A DNA stretch of 64,000 nucleotides from sequence record MN453779.2; one strand, written 5' to 3'. The notes below the pieces were generated by a model that saw only the letters and a program-made list of their open reading frames with translations, was not told the DNA's origin and did not search any database. The stretch's first letter is position 1; the number at the start of each line of letters is the position of its first letter. A program made the translations under genes and the position numbers. This document shows positions 54,681-63,151 of the stretch, piece by piece.

Positions 54681-54685
54681 TATCC

Positions 54686-54707
54686 AAATAGTTTTAGATC
54701 TATATTA
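54686..54707 (+). promoter_or_regulatory. putative early promoter (weaker match)
   Basis: AAATAGT-tttagatc-TATATTA. Confidence 0.45.
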
Positions 54708-54748
54708 TTTAAGTGTTATTAAACCATAATGTTTAAGGAATCTAGGAT

Positions 54749-55132
54749 ATGATGAACGAACTGAAAGCTCAAATCTTCAAAAAGAAACTCTTTGGTCTGA
54801 AACACAAGTTTCGTTTCCTCAAAGATGATGAAGTTATTCAAGAAGGTGATCTTCACTTTAAGGCTAGTGGGTACGGCGTTTTTGAATTTAAATCTAAAGA
54901 CGCTCTGATGGAATATTTGGAACATCGTATCAAAGAAGCTGAGGTTAGTAACTGGGAAGGTAAAGTCCTTAAATATCTTTCTGAAAACCTGGATAAATAT
55001 CAGGAAGGTTACAAGTTGATCTTGATTGCAAGATTGCTCGATAGTCCTGAACATACAGGTCTTTGGACCGCCACTAGTTACGGCGAACCAGTTACCGAGT
55101 TCCCACTACGCGTGTTTGTACGTAAAATCTAA
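54749..55132 (+). CDS. hypothetical protein
   Basis: 127 aa, AGGA RBS. Confidence 0.65.
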   Translation: MMNELKAQIFKKKLFGLKHKFRFLKDDEVIQEGDLHFKASGYGVFEFKSKDALMEYLEHRIKEAEVSNWEGKVLKYLSENLDKYQEGYKLILIARLLDSPEHTGLWTATSYGEPVTEFPLRVFVRKI

Positions 55133-55150
55133 TCTATAAAGGGTGACAGT

Positions 55151-55501
55151 ATGAAAATTATTAAATATTTCTGGATAGTGTTTTTCCTTACAGTTTCGGG
55201 TGTACAGGCTAATCAACAAAACCCCATCAAACTCCAAACTGGCGAAGTTGGTAATTACCTAGTCGTAAGGCTGACCTCGCTTGTTGACCAAATAGTCATC
55301 AATAATGTAACTATTAATCGTGGGGCTTGCGAAAACCCGTCAATTGGAAATCCTAAGAAAGGAACGATATTGAAGTTCGGGCAAAGTAAAGATTGGCGAT
55401 GGATGGTACATAATTCATATAACGGGAATAACTATCCGTGTGAAATATTGGAAATCGCAATAAACACCAATGGTGGTGTTTTGACCTATACCCCACAGTA
55501 A
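55151..55501 (+). CDS. secreted small beta-protein
   Basis: Signal MKIIKYFWIVFFLTVSGVQA; INRGAC...LKFGQ...CEILE pattern. Confidence 0.65.
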   Translation: MKIIKYFWIVFFLTVSGVQANQQNPIKLQTGEVGNYLVVRLTSLVDQIVINNVTINRGACENPSIGNPKKGTILKFGQSKDWRWMVHNSYNGNNYPCEILEIAINTNGGVLTYTPQ

Positions 55502-55520
55502 ATAATAAAGGAGAATAAAA

Positions 55521-55958
55521 ATGCATCAAGTCAGCTTTCCTGTAAAAAGCGGGTGTATCAATATTTTTCTTATGGACTATAATGACCGTAATGGTAGAGT
55601 AGTACCGTGCTTGATTTTTATAGCTGGAGATACGCAGGAAGAACTACTACAGGTTCCAGATAGTGTCTCAGATGTCTATGAACTTTCAGAACAAATTGAA
55701 TATTACGTTGACGACCTGGAAGATTTGTATGACGTTATGAAATATGAAAATTTAGGATCTGAGAAAATAAGGGAAGTGATATTGGAAATTCTCAAAGATT
55801 CTGATTATGAACCCAGGTGCTTTGAGATTGAAGATGACGACTTCCAAGCAATTTTGGTAATAGCGGAGAAGGGTTACGATGGAAAGCTTCGTGATCATTG
55901 GAATCCTGTAAACGAAGCAGATGCATTTGAACGACTCTCCATTATCGCCAATGTTTAA
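55521..55958 (+). CDS. acidic hypothetical protein
   Basis: 145 aa, AAGGAG RBS. Confidence 0.65.
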   Translation: MHQVSFPVKSGCINIFLMDYNDRNGRVVPCLIFIAGDTQEELLQVPDSVSDVYELSEQIEYYVDDLEDLYDVMKYENLGSEKIREVILEILKDSDYEPRCFEIEDDDFQAILVIAEKGYDGKLRDHWNPVNEADAFERLSIIANV

Positions 55959-56012
55959 ATAACAACGTTTGCAATACTAAGCAATAAACAACCCACTAAA
56001 AAGGAATAGAAG

Positions 56013-56390
56013 ATGATCAAAGGTATCAAACAAGGTCAGGTTGTAGTTGGTAAAGTTAAGCATCCTAAAGTAGGTATGCTTCCTACCAATCTCATTCTGT
56101 TTGCAGTAGAAGGTGAAGTGGAGGACCTTGGTCTGGATTTAGAGTGGGTTCAAGAACCTGTAGTGTTTGAAACCACCGTGGATCTTGGTCATAAAGAAGG
56201 TTACGTGAAAGCTATTAAAGGTTTTGCTCGCACTCTGGAAAAAGAGCCCGGTCGTAAACTGGAATGTTTGGCTGATTCAATTCACGGTTCATCTTCTAGT
56301 TACTTCTTTGACGTACTCGATTCGTCTCACTCCATCTGCTTGCTGTTGAGCAAAAACCACGGTGTGCAACTGGACGAACGCTGGAAATAA
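56013..56390 (+). CDS. hypothetical protein
   Basis: 125 aa, AAGGA RBS. Confidence 0.65.
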   Translation: MIKGIKQGQVVVGKVKHPKVGMLPTNLILFAVEGEVEDLGLDLEWVQEPVVFETTVDLGHKEGYVKAIKGFARTLEKEPGRKLECLADSIHGSSSSYFFDVLDSSHSICLLLSKNHGVQLDERWK

Positions 56391-56405
56391 GTATAGGAGA
56401 AAGAA

Positions 56406-56855
56406 ATGTTGAAATATCTTTATGGAAAACTTCCAGTTACTTCCACACTTAATCAAGGTTCTAAGGAAAAAATAGAGAGGGTTAGCGCCCTCCTCTTTTC
56501 TGTTCGCTGTGATGAGTTTCAACACCGCGACATGGAATTTGCGACGGCCTTTATCCCTTTCAACGGTGGCTTTGGAAACCTCCACCCAACTGATCCAGCC
56601 CGTCATTTTTATGGCGAAAGTATTTCTTGTAATGTTCAAACTGACCCTGACGTCATCGACAATATGATAGAGTTGAAAGAAACTGGAAATGTTTTTTACA
56701 CCCACCCTAATGATAGTAAACACCGAGTGTTTGCCATTATCGAAAAGGGTGTAGGTTACCCTTGCAAAACCGGACGTGCTGGAGATTGGATTCCATGTTC
56801 TTTGCAAGAGATGGAAAAACTCTGTAACGAAGAACGCTCTACATTCCCTTATTGA
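56406..56855 (+). CDS. hypothetical protein, tandem paralog 1
   Basis: D.FQHRDM...IP..GGF..L...SISCNV shared with next gene. Confidence 0.7.
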   Translation: MLKYLYGKLPVTSTLNQGSKEKIERVSALLFSVRCDEFQHRDMEFATAFIPFNGGFGNLHPTDPARHFYGESISCNVQTDPDVIDNMIELKETGNVFYTHPNDSKHRVFAIIEKGVGYPCKTGRAGDWIPCSLQEMEKLCNEERSTFPY

Positions 56856-56871
56856 GTATAGGAAAGAAAAT

Positions 56872-57291
56872 ATGTTTAAATATTTGGCTGGTCAATATTC
56901 TATCAACGAAGACGAAGGTATCTGTCAATCACTTTTACTCACAGTAAAACGTGATAGTTATCAACACCGCGACATGGCCGGTAATTTTGGTTATATTCCT
57001 CAGGTAGGGGGCTTCGCCGCGCTGCAACAAGAAACCCCGGATGAAATGTTCTTTGGTGGATCGATATCTTGTAACGTCTCCACATCAAAAGAACTCAACC
57101 CTACTTTGATGGAACTGGTTAAAAACGGAAACATTTTCCATTGCTCCACTTATAAAGTAAAGGATGTATGGTTGTTTCTCGAAAAAGATTACACGCCAGA
57201 ACCGGATGAAGGTGTTGAATTTAAACGAGTTACAATGGAAGAGTTCAAAGCTAGAACTGATGAACTCATCAACGATCCATATTACTTTTGA
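56872..57291 (+). CDS. hypothetical protein, tandem paralog 2
   Basis: Start reassigned to ATG 56872. Confidence 0.7.
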   Translation: MFKYLAGQYSINEDEGICQSLLLTVKRDSYQHRDMAGNFGYIPQVGGFAALQQETPDEMFFGGSISCNVSTSKELNPTLMELVKNGNIFHCSTYKVKDVWLFLEKDYTPEPDEGVEFKRVTMEEFKARTDELINDPYYF

Positions 57292-57299
57292 GGTGCAAA

Positions 57300-57662
57300 A
57301 TGGCTGAACCAGTAGCAAGATTCAATATCTATACTGTAAACGATTTGATCACTTATCTGTCAGCTTGTGTTAACCAGGACCAACTTGTTTCTGGAATGTA
57401 TATAGTCAATCCAGATCCTGTTGTTCAAGAAGAGTACTCAACGAAGTTTGGACTAGTATTATCACAAGTTCCGGTTAAGTACCAACCTTACGAACTCGAT
57501 ATTGATCTTATCATTTCTGAGAACGTTACTATTGATCAAGTTATCGGTATTTTGAAGAAAGTTAAAGATCCGTTTACTTTGATTAAACATATTAGACTCA
57601 AAGGTGCAAGTAATAAAATTTATGCTTGTGTTGATGAGAACGGTTTTGTAATGCATGATTAA
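57300..57662 (+). CDS. hypothetical protein
   Basis: ATG 57300 after GAGG. Confidence 0.6.
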   Translation: MAEPVARFNIYTVNDLITYLSACVNQDQLVSGMYIVNPDPVVQEEYSTKFGLVLSQVPVKYQPYELDIDLIISENVTIDQVIGILKKVKDPFTLIKHIRLKGASNKIYACVDENGFVMHD

Positions 57663-57671
57663 TAAGGTATT

Positions 57672-57701
57672 CCCAACCTAACCCAATTGGGTTAGGTTGG
57701 G
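57672..57701. terminator. perfect 30-bp palindrome between convergent genes
   Basis: cccaacctaaccc-aatt-gggttaggttggg. Confidence 0.75.
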
Positions 57702-57719
57702 TTCTTTTACATGTTTATT

Positions 57720-58319
57720 TTATTCTTGTAGATGAGGTTTATAATAAATAGGAACGACTCTATCATCCATGTTTAATGATTTAATTAAAACACTCCCAGA
57801 ACGCTCTGTAACGGGATCTTTAGTATCAGGTATAGTAAGTGTCATCTCGTACCAATGGATCTTCCCAAGAAGCTGATAAACCGCCTCTATGGTTTTATTG
57901 CCTGGATCTAGAACAAGTACCTGCTCTACCGTGTCAGTTAACTGGTACAGTCCAACGGAAACATCTTGGGTTTTTATTGCGTCTCTTAATTTGCTCTCTG
58001 TGTATTCTGCTAATGGCTTAACATTAAAATCAGTTAAGATATCATTGAACGTTACTTTCTCAATAATTGCATCAGCGTGAAAGAACCCTCTGGTTCTTGA
58101 TACAAAACAGGCTCTAATCTTACCATTATCAAACCTAATACCAGGTTCTATTTGTACGTCCGTATGACGAAGATCTTCATATCTCTGTTTAGCAACTTTG
58201 ATCTTTTCTTCATTACCTTCCGCAATAATGAGTGTTAATTGATTTTCTAGATATTTCTTTATTGAACTAAATAATGGATCATAAATTTTCTTATATTTAA
58301 TAGATTCTTCATAAATCAT
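57720..58319 (-). CDS. stand-alone paralog of N-terminal domain of 47348..50497
   Basis: KKIYDPLFSSIK vs KKINDPLFSIVK; SGSVLI vs SGGVLI. Confidence 0.7.
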   Translation of the reverse strand: MIYEESIKYKKIYDPLFSSIKKYLENQLTLIIAEGNEEKIKVAKQRYEDLRHTDVQIEPGIRFDNGKIRACFVSRTRGFFHADAIIEKVTFNDILTDFNVKPLAEYTESKLRDAIKTQDVSVGLYQLTDTVEQVLVLDPGNKTIEAVYQLLGKIHWYEMTLTIPDTKDPVTERSGSVLIKSLNMDDRVVPIYYKPHLQE

Positions 58320-58394
58320 GTTAATTCCTTACTTAGTGTACTATTCTAAGAAGAATGTTAAAAGTCATTCAAACGATCTTAAATTGATAGCCCT

Positions 58395-58416
58395 ATATTT
58401 TTTCAAGCAGATATTA
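58395..58416 (+). promoter_or_regulatory. putative early promoter
   Basis: ATATTTT-ttcaagca-GATATTA. Confidence 0.65.
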
Positions 58417-58452
58417 TTAAGTTGAGTAAGTATAGAGTATTAAGGAATATAC

Positions 58453-58956
58453 ATGTCAAACACCGCGTTCATAAGCGATCTACATTTAGATCACCCAAAG
58501 GCATTGCAGGTAAGAGGTTGGTTTCCTACCCTAAAGGAATACCAGGAATATGTTTGCGACATTTGGGTTGATAAAGTCACACCAAGAACTACCATATATC
58601 TTTTAGGTGATATTGCTTTCACTTGGGAAGGTTTAGGTATTCTAAAGAAGTTACCTGGAAAGAAGCTTCTTGTGTGTGGTAATCACGATCACACACGTAA
58701 TTCAACTAGAGATCTATTAGAAGTTTATAAAGAGATTTATGGACTTCACAGACATCGTTCGGGTCTGTGGTTAAGTCACGCCCCAATTCATCATTCGGAA
58801 CTACGTGGTAAATTGAATGTACATGGACATACACATGAAAAGGTCATACAAGATCCTAGGTACATAAACGTCGCCATAGATCATTTAAGAAATGGTCCAG
58901 TTGATTTGGAATTAATTAGATCTGGTGAGTATAGAACATGGAGAGATAATAAATGA
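58453..58956 (+). CDS. calcineurin-like metallophosphoesterase
   Basis: SDLH, LGD, GNHD, SHAP, HGHTH motifs. Confidence 0.88.
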   Translation: MSNTAFISDLHLDHPKALQVRGWFPTLKEYQEYVCDIWVDKVTPRTTIYLLGDIAFTWEGLGILKKLPGKKLLVCGNHDHTRNSTRDLLEVYKEIYGLHRHRSGLWLSHAPIHHSELRGKLNVHGHTHEKVIQDPRYINVAIDHLRNGPVDLELIRSGEYRTWRDNK

Positions 58957-59426
58957 GTGAAGGTTCTATAAAGGTAATGGAGATTGAGTTTAAGATTGCC
59001 GTGCGTTCTCTAAGGTTTAGATTGGAAGAGGATTACGATACATTCTACCAGAAAGCCCCTGATTCAGACAGAACCGATTTCTGTGTAAAGATGTTAGGGA
59101 TTGTACCTACACATAAGGAAGCTGGAAGGTATATTGTCCCTAAGTTGCTCAAAGTTCTTGACAGTATTAACAATGGTAAACTTCACACTCTTCTTTCTAA
59201 TGAAAGGGACTGCCGTGAAACTAACATGTTGTTGCAAACAGAATTTTGTAGATCAGTTACAAAGATTGATTATAAGGGAAATTTAGATTTCTTTATAAAT
59301 AGAGATATCAACATCCCTGAATCAAGAACTGTGTTAAAGGACATGTTCGACCTGATAGTATTTGTAGAAGCCATTAATCGGTTTATTAAGATCGAGTCAA
59401 TTAAACCAATCTTCACTGGAGTGTAA
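58953..59426 (+). CDS. hypothetical protein
   Basis: 157 aa, ATGA overlap. Confidence 0.6.
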   Translation: MSEGSIKVMEIEFKIAVRSLRFRLEEDYDTFYQKAPDSDRTDFCVKMLGIVPTHKEAGRYIVPKLLKVLDSINNGKLHTLLSNERDCRETNMLLQTEFCRSVTKIDYKGNLDFFINRDINIPESRTVLKDMFDLIVFVEAINRFIKIESIKPIFTGV

Positions 59427-59428
59427 TA

Positions 59429-61687
59429 ATGTCAAAAGGTTCCGTAATGAAAACGAATCTTGATCCTGCCAAATGTCCTTTCTGCGGTTCGCCCGAAGTG
59501 GAGTACCCAACACCCCGGACTGTTTATTCTTGCGGGACTAATGATTATGACGGCCGCCCTGAATCAGCAATGCAATCTGAAACGTGTAAAGAGCGTGTGC
59601 TAGCTAAACCTGTTCACACTACCCAGTTTGAAAAGAAATTTGGTATTAAGGAAGAAGATTGCAAAAACAAATATGAGTTGTGGTATTTCAAAACACTTCT
59701 TTCTTTACTGGAAGATGGAACAGTTAAAGACGACCGGACCAATACAGGAACACGTTCTATTCCGTTCCATACATATCAACACGATCTTCGTGAATCTTAT
59801 CCGCTGATGAAGTCTCGTTATCTGGATCCCTTTAATCCTATTAAAGAAATGATCTGGATGTTGAGTGGTTCTTCTAATGTTAAACCTCTTCAGGAAATGG
59901 GAGTTCCTTTCTGGAATAGTTTTGCTGATGAAGACGGAGAGTTGGGTCCTGTTTACGGTGTACAGTGGCGTCATTGGAAAACCCCTGATGGTGAAGAAGT
60001 AGATCAAATCCAATATGTTCTTGACCTACTGGAGAATGAACCTACGTCTCGTCGTATGGTGGTTAGTTGCTGGAATCCATCCTTTATCCCAGTCGCTAAA
60101 ACCGCACCGAAAGATAATCCGAAGCTAGGTAAGATGAGCTTGACACCTTGCTTTGTAGCAGGAACACCTGTTTTAACACCACATGGCTATGTTGATATAG
60201 AAAGTTTAAACGCAGGAGATTTGGTTGTAACGGATAAGGGTAATATACAGCCGATAAATCATAAATGGATAACTGAATACACTGGCGAAATTATAGGCCT
60301 TTCTATGGTCTACCAGACAGAATTAATACAGTGTACACCAAACCACCCGTTTCTAATTAAAAATAAAGGGTATATTGAATGTAAGGATATCAAGATTGGT
60401 GATAAACTTGGGATATTAAGGCCTAAATTTTCCGATCGAGTGCATGTAAACAACTGGTCAGTGTTAAATAGTTATCACCAAACCATTTCACATAGCGAGG
60501 AACTTAATAAAAACGATTATTATTTTCTTGGGTATTTTTTAGGAAATGGATGGGTGTCACAAACACAACCTAGAGTTAGTGTGGCAATACCAAACAGTAA
60601 AGTGGAATGGTTGTTACCTAAAATAAGAAATTCGATAAAATTGATTCATAAACCAGGCATTTCCCCTAACGTAGCTACATACGCTACAAAATCGCAAAAG
60701 TGGTGGGGGTTGTTAAAAGAATTTGGTCATGGTGCTAGTAACAAAAAGATACCTGAATGGATTTTTACTTCCCCTATCGAGTTTGTAGAGGAGTTTATTA
60801 AAGGGTATAAAGACGCCGATGGGTTCGAATCTAAAAATAGAAAAGTGATCTCTTATACAACCACTTCTAGATCTTTAGCCTATGGACTTCAAAGATTATA
60901 CGCTGGTTTAGGTAGACACGCGGCGGTATACAAACAAAAAAGACCTACAACAACTATTATCGAGGGAAGGTGTGTAAATCAAAAAGACACTTACATGGTA
61001 AACCTTAGATCAAGAACAGTACATGATGTGGAAATGGATGGAGACTACCTATGGGTCCCAGTGAACGGTATAGGGAAAAAGACAACTTCATGTTTGGTTT
61101 ACAACTACGACGTAGGTCATGACCACACTTACGTGGTGCATAACTACGCCACACACAACTGCCATTTTTCATTTGTTCTCACAGCAACACCAATGAACTT
61201 TGGTGACAGACTAAACTATTTCAAACATTCTCACCCAACCATCTACAGTAATCTTTATCCAATCTCTGGTAAAGGTTGGACCGAGCGTGCTGAAGAAGCA
61301 ATGAATCATCGCAATGTTCCTAAGTTCTATCTTGATCTTAGTTTCATCATGCGGTCTAATGACTTTATTCTTGGTAACCCCGCTAACCTGAATGAATACG
61401 CTGCTCTATGTATGATGTTTGCACAACAACGCAACATGATCGCGCGCTATGTCAATTACACTGGTATTGATGTTCATATCTACTCTAACCACATTGCTGG
61501 TGCTAGAGAACAGATTGATTATGTCAAGAAACATCCGGAGATCTTTACTGATGAACCAGCTAAAATACATATTGGTTTGAACGGGAAACCTAATACAATA
61601 TTTGAATACACTGTTGATCATTTTGTAGTCCAAGATTACCATCGTGAAAATACTGGACCGGTAATTCGTTTCCCAATTGCTGTATAA
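59429..61687 (+). CDS. thyA: thymidylate synthase ThyA containing an intein
   Basis: DDRTNTGT, LGPVYGVQWRHW, PTSRRMVVSCWNP, P-[intein]-CH, RSND..LGNPAN, DVHIYSNH. Confidence 0.92.
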   Translation: MSKGSVMKTNLDPAKCPFCGSPEVEYPTPRTVYSCGTNDYDGRPESAMQSETCKERVLAKPVHTTQFEKKFGIKEEDCKNKYELWYFKTLLSLLEDGTVKDDRTNTGTRSIPFHTYQHDLRESYPLMKSRYLDPFNPIKEMIWMLSGSSNVKPLQEMGVPFWNSFADEDGELGPVYGVQWRHWKTPDGEEVDQIQYVLDLLENEPTSRRMVVSCWNPSFIPVAKTAPKDNPKLGKMSLTPCFVAGTPVLTPHGYVDIESLNAGDLVVTDKGNIQPINHKWITEYTGEIIGLSMVYQTELIQCTPNHPFLIKNKGYIECKDIKIGDKLGILRPKFSDRVHVNNWSVLNSYHQTISHSEELNKNDYYFLGYFLGNGWVSQTQPRVSVAIPNSKVEWLLPKIRNSIKLIHKPGISPNVATYATKSQKWWGLLKEFGHGASNKKIPEWIFTSPIEFVEEFIKGYKDADGFESKNRKVISYTTTSRSLAYGLQRLYAGLGRHAAVYKQKRPTTTIIEGRCVNQKDTYMVNLRSRTVHDVEMDGDYLWVPVNGIGKKTTSCLVYNYDVGHDHTYVVHNYATHNCHFSFVLTATPMNFGDRLNYFKHSHPTIYSNLYPISGKGWTERAEEAMNHRNVPKFYLDLSFIMRSNDFILGNPANLNEYAALCMMFAQQRNMIARYVNYTGIDVHIYSNHIAGAREQIDYVKKHPEIFTDEPAKIHIGLNGKPNTIFEYTVDHFVVQDYHRENTGPVIRFPIAV
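60149..61159 (+). mobile_element. intein (337 aa) with LAGLIDADG domain
   Basis: Begins CFVAGTPV, ends VYNYDVGHDHTYVVHNYATHN, +1 residue Cys; motifs FLGYFLGNG and FIKGYKDADG. Confidence 0.92.
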
Positions 61688-61709
61688 CTAAATAAAGAGG
61701 TCGATTAAA

Positions 61710-61820
61710 ATGTCAGTTGGCGCTTTGTTGTTAATTGCTGTATTGTATCTTATTGGCGTTTTGATCGATCTAGTTATTAATAAGAAGGATAAAAGACCTA
61801 AAGGGTTCAGGGAGGGATAA
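61710..61820 (+). CDS. 36-aa single-TM protein (not in ORF track)
   Basis: GAGG RBS; MSVGALLLIAVLYLIGVLIDLVINKKDKRPKGFREG. Confidence 0.55.
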   Translation: MSVGALLLIAVLYLIGVLIDLVINKKDKRPKGFREG

Positions 61821-61901
61821 ATGATAAAAGGAATTTCTATACTAATAATCTTTGGGATGATTATATTACCATTTATTATACTGATGGAGAATTTATATTG
61901 A
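61821..61901 (+). CDS. 26-aa single-TM peptide (not in ORF track)
   Basis: GGAGG upstream; MIKGISILIIFGMIILPFIILMENLY. Confidence 0.45.
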   Translation: MIKGISILIIFGMIILPFIILMENLY

Positions 61902-62146
61902 CATTTATTATAGAGTTTAGCTTAGGGTTTCTTCAGTTCATCAAAGAGTACTGGGTAACTGTTTTACTGGTATCTTGTATTTTTATTATCTTCGATATTA
62001 TCGATCTAAAGAAACGCGAACATAAATCTGTTAGACAACATCGTGCTATGTTATTTTGGTTATTTATCCAATATAACGTTATTACGGTAGTCTTCGGATA
62101 TATTCTATTACTTGTCGGTAAGACATTTCACTTTATAGTAAGTTAG
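61898..62146 (+). CDS. small membrane protein
   Basis: TTGA overlap, hydrophobic segments. Confidence 0.55.
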   Translation: MTFIIEFSLGFLQFIKEYWVTVLLVSCIFIIFDIIDLKKREHKSVRQHRAMLFWLFIQYNVITVVFGYILLLVGKTFHFIVS

Positions 62147-62155
62147 GAGAATTAA

Positions 62156-62428
62156 ATGGATTTTCTCGCGTTTATTACCAGTCAAGACTTTTTGTTCTGG
62201 GCGCTTATGTTTGTAACTATTGCAGTGGCGTACTTGTTCTCACTACTACGAGTTATTCTAGTTGATGTCAAAGACACTAAACTTGCATATGGTCCTTATT
62301 GCAAGAATCTGAAGTTGTTGTATAAACCCTATAAGCAATGTTTTAAAGAAGCTTTCACCCAAGAGTGGAAGACTATGTTTTTGTTTGTAGTAATTTACAT
62401 TAGCTACTTCTATTACCAATTCGGTTAA
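62156..62428 (+). CDS. small membrane protein
   Basis: AGGAG RBS, hydrophobic ends. Confidence 0.6.
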   Translation: MDFLAFITSQDFLFWALMFVTIAVAYLFSLLRVILVDVKDTKLAYGPYCKNLKLLYKPYKQCFKEAFTQEWKTMFLFVVIYISYFYYQFG

Positions 62429-62433
62429 TTTCA

Positions 62434-62459
62434 TTTGGAGGTGGGAAACTACCTCCAAA
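62434..62459. terminator. hairpin with GAAA loop
   Basis: tttggaggtgg-gaaa-ctacctccaaa (one G-U). Confidence 0.6.
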
Positions 62460-62489
62460 CTCTTTATGTTTTAATATGGGATTTTAATA

Positions 62490-63140
62490 ATGAGTAAATT
62501 GGTTCTAGCATTTGATATAGATGACACCTTGGCGGTCACTGGCGGCTACATTAATAAAAAGATTAAAGAGTTCTTCAAACAAAATGGCATGAAAGAAGAA
62601 CTTGAATATGTACTTGCTAATGAAGAAAATGTTTCTACTATGTTGTACCCAGCTTGGATTAAGAAACACGTAGATAAAGAGATTATCGGTCCTGGTTTTT
62701 ACATGCTCGAAGCTGCTAAGACAGCTCTGTGTTCTGCTTTTTCTATTGGAACATTAGAAGCATTGCTGGAACATCACGGGGATGATATCATCGTTTCGGT
62801 TTGCTCACATCGTGGTTTCCATCCTTATGGTGAAATCTACACACGTCAGTGGTTGGACGAAAATAAACTTCTTCATCTGTTTGAAGATATTCATATGCTG
62901 GATTCGTCTGTTCAACCAGATAAAGTTTCTTTCCTTAAGGAAACTTATCCTGATCATGAAATCTTGTTGATTGACGATAACCCAATGTCCAAGCATCTGG
63001 GTGAAGTAATTCCTCATCATGAAGAAATTATCATTTATGATGAAGAACATAAACTTGACGCTTATGTAAATCAAACCAGGTATCAATCACCTAAACAACT
63101 TTCACGTTTGATTATGGATCGACTGGAACGTCTTCTATAA
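62490..63140 (+). CDS. HAD-family 5'(3')-deoxyribonucleotidase-like phosphatase
   Basis: FDIDDTL motif I, SHRG motif II, K and LIDDNP motif IV. Confidence 0.75.
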   Translation: MSKLVLAFDIDDTLAVTGGYINKKIKEFFKQNGMKEELEYVLANEENVSTMLYPAWIKKHVDKEIIGPGFYMLEAAKTALCSAFSIGTLEALLEHHGDDIIVSVCSHRGFHPYGEIYTRQWLDENKLLHLFEDIHMLDSSVQPDKVSFLKETYPDHEILLIDDNPMSKHLGEVIPHHEEIIIYDEEHKLDAYVNQTRYQSPKQLSRLIMDRLERLL

Positions 63141-63151
63141 GGATAATAAAG

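Noticed and set aside
60822-60831. tRNA T-loop-like GGTTCGAATC
   Set aside because: It lies in the intein coding frame (DADGFES) with no cloverleaf; no tRNA found elsewhere in the window
59429-61687. dCMP/dUMP hydroxymethylase (DNA modification) instead of ThyA
   Set aside because: The residue equivalent to E. coli Asn177 is Asn (LGNPAN) and DHFR is nearby, consistent with ordinary dTMP synthesis
4778-62459. CRISPR array or REP-like repeats
   Set aside because: The palindromes are dispersed single copies at operon ends, not regularly spaced direct repeats
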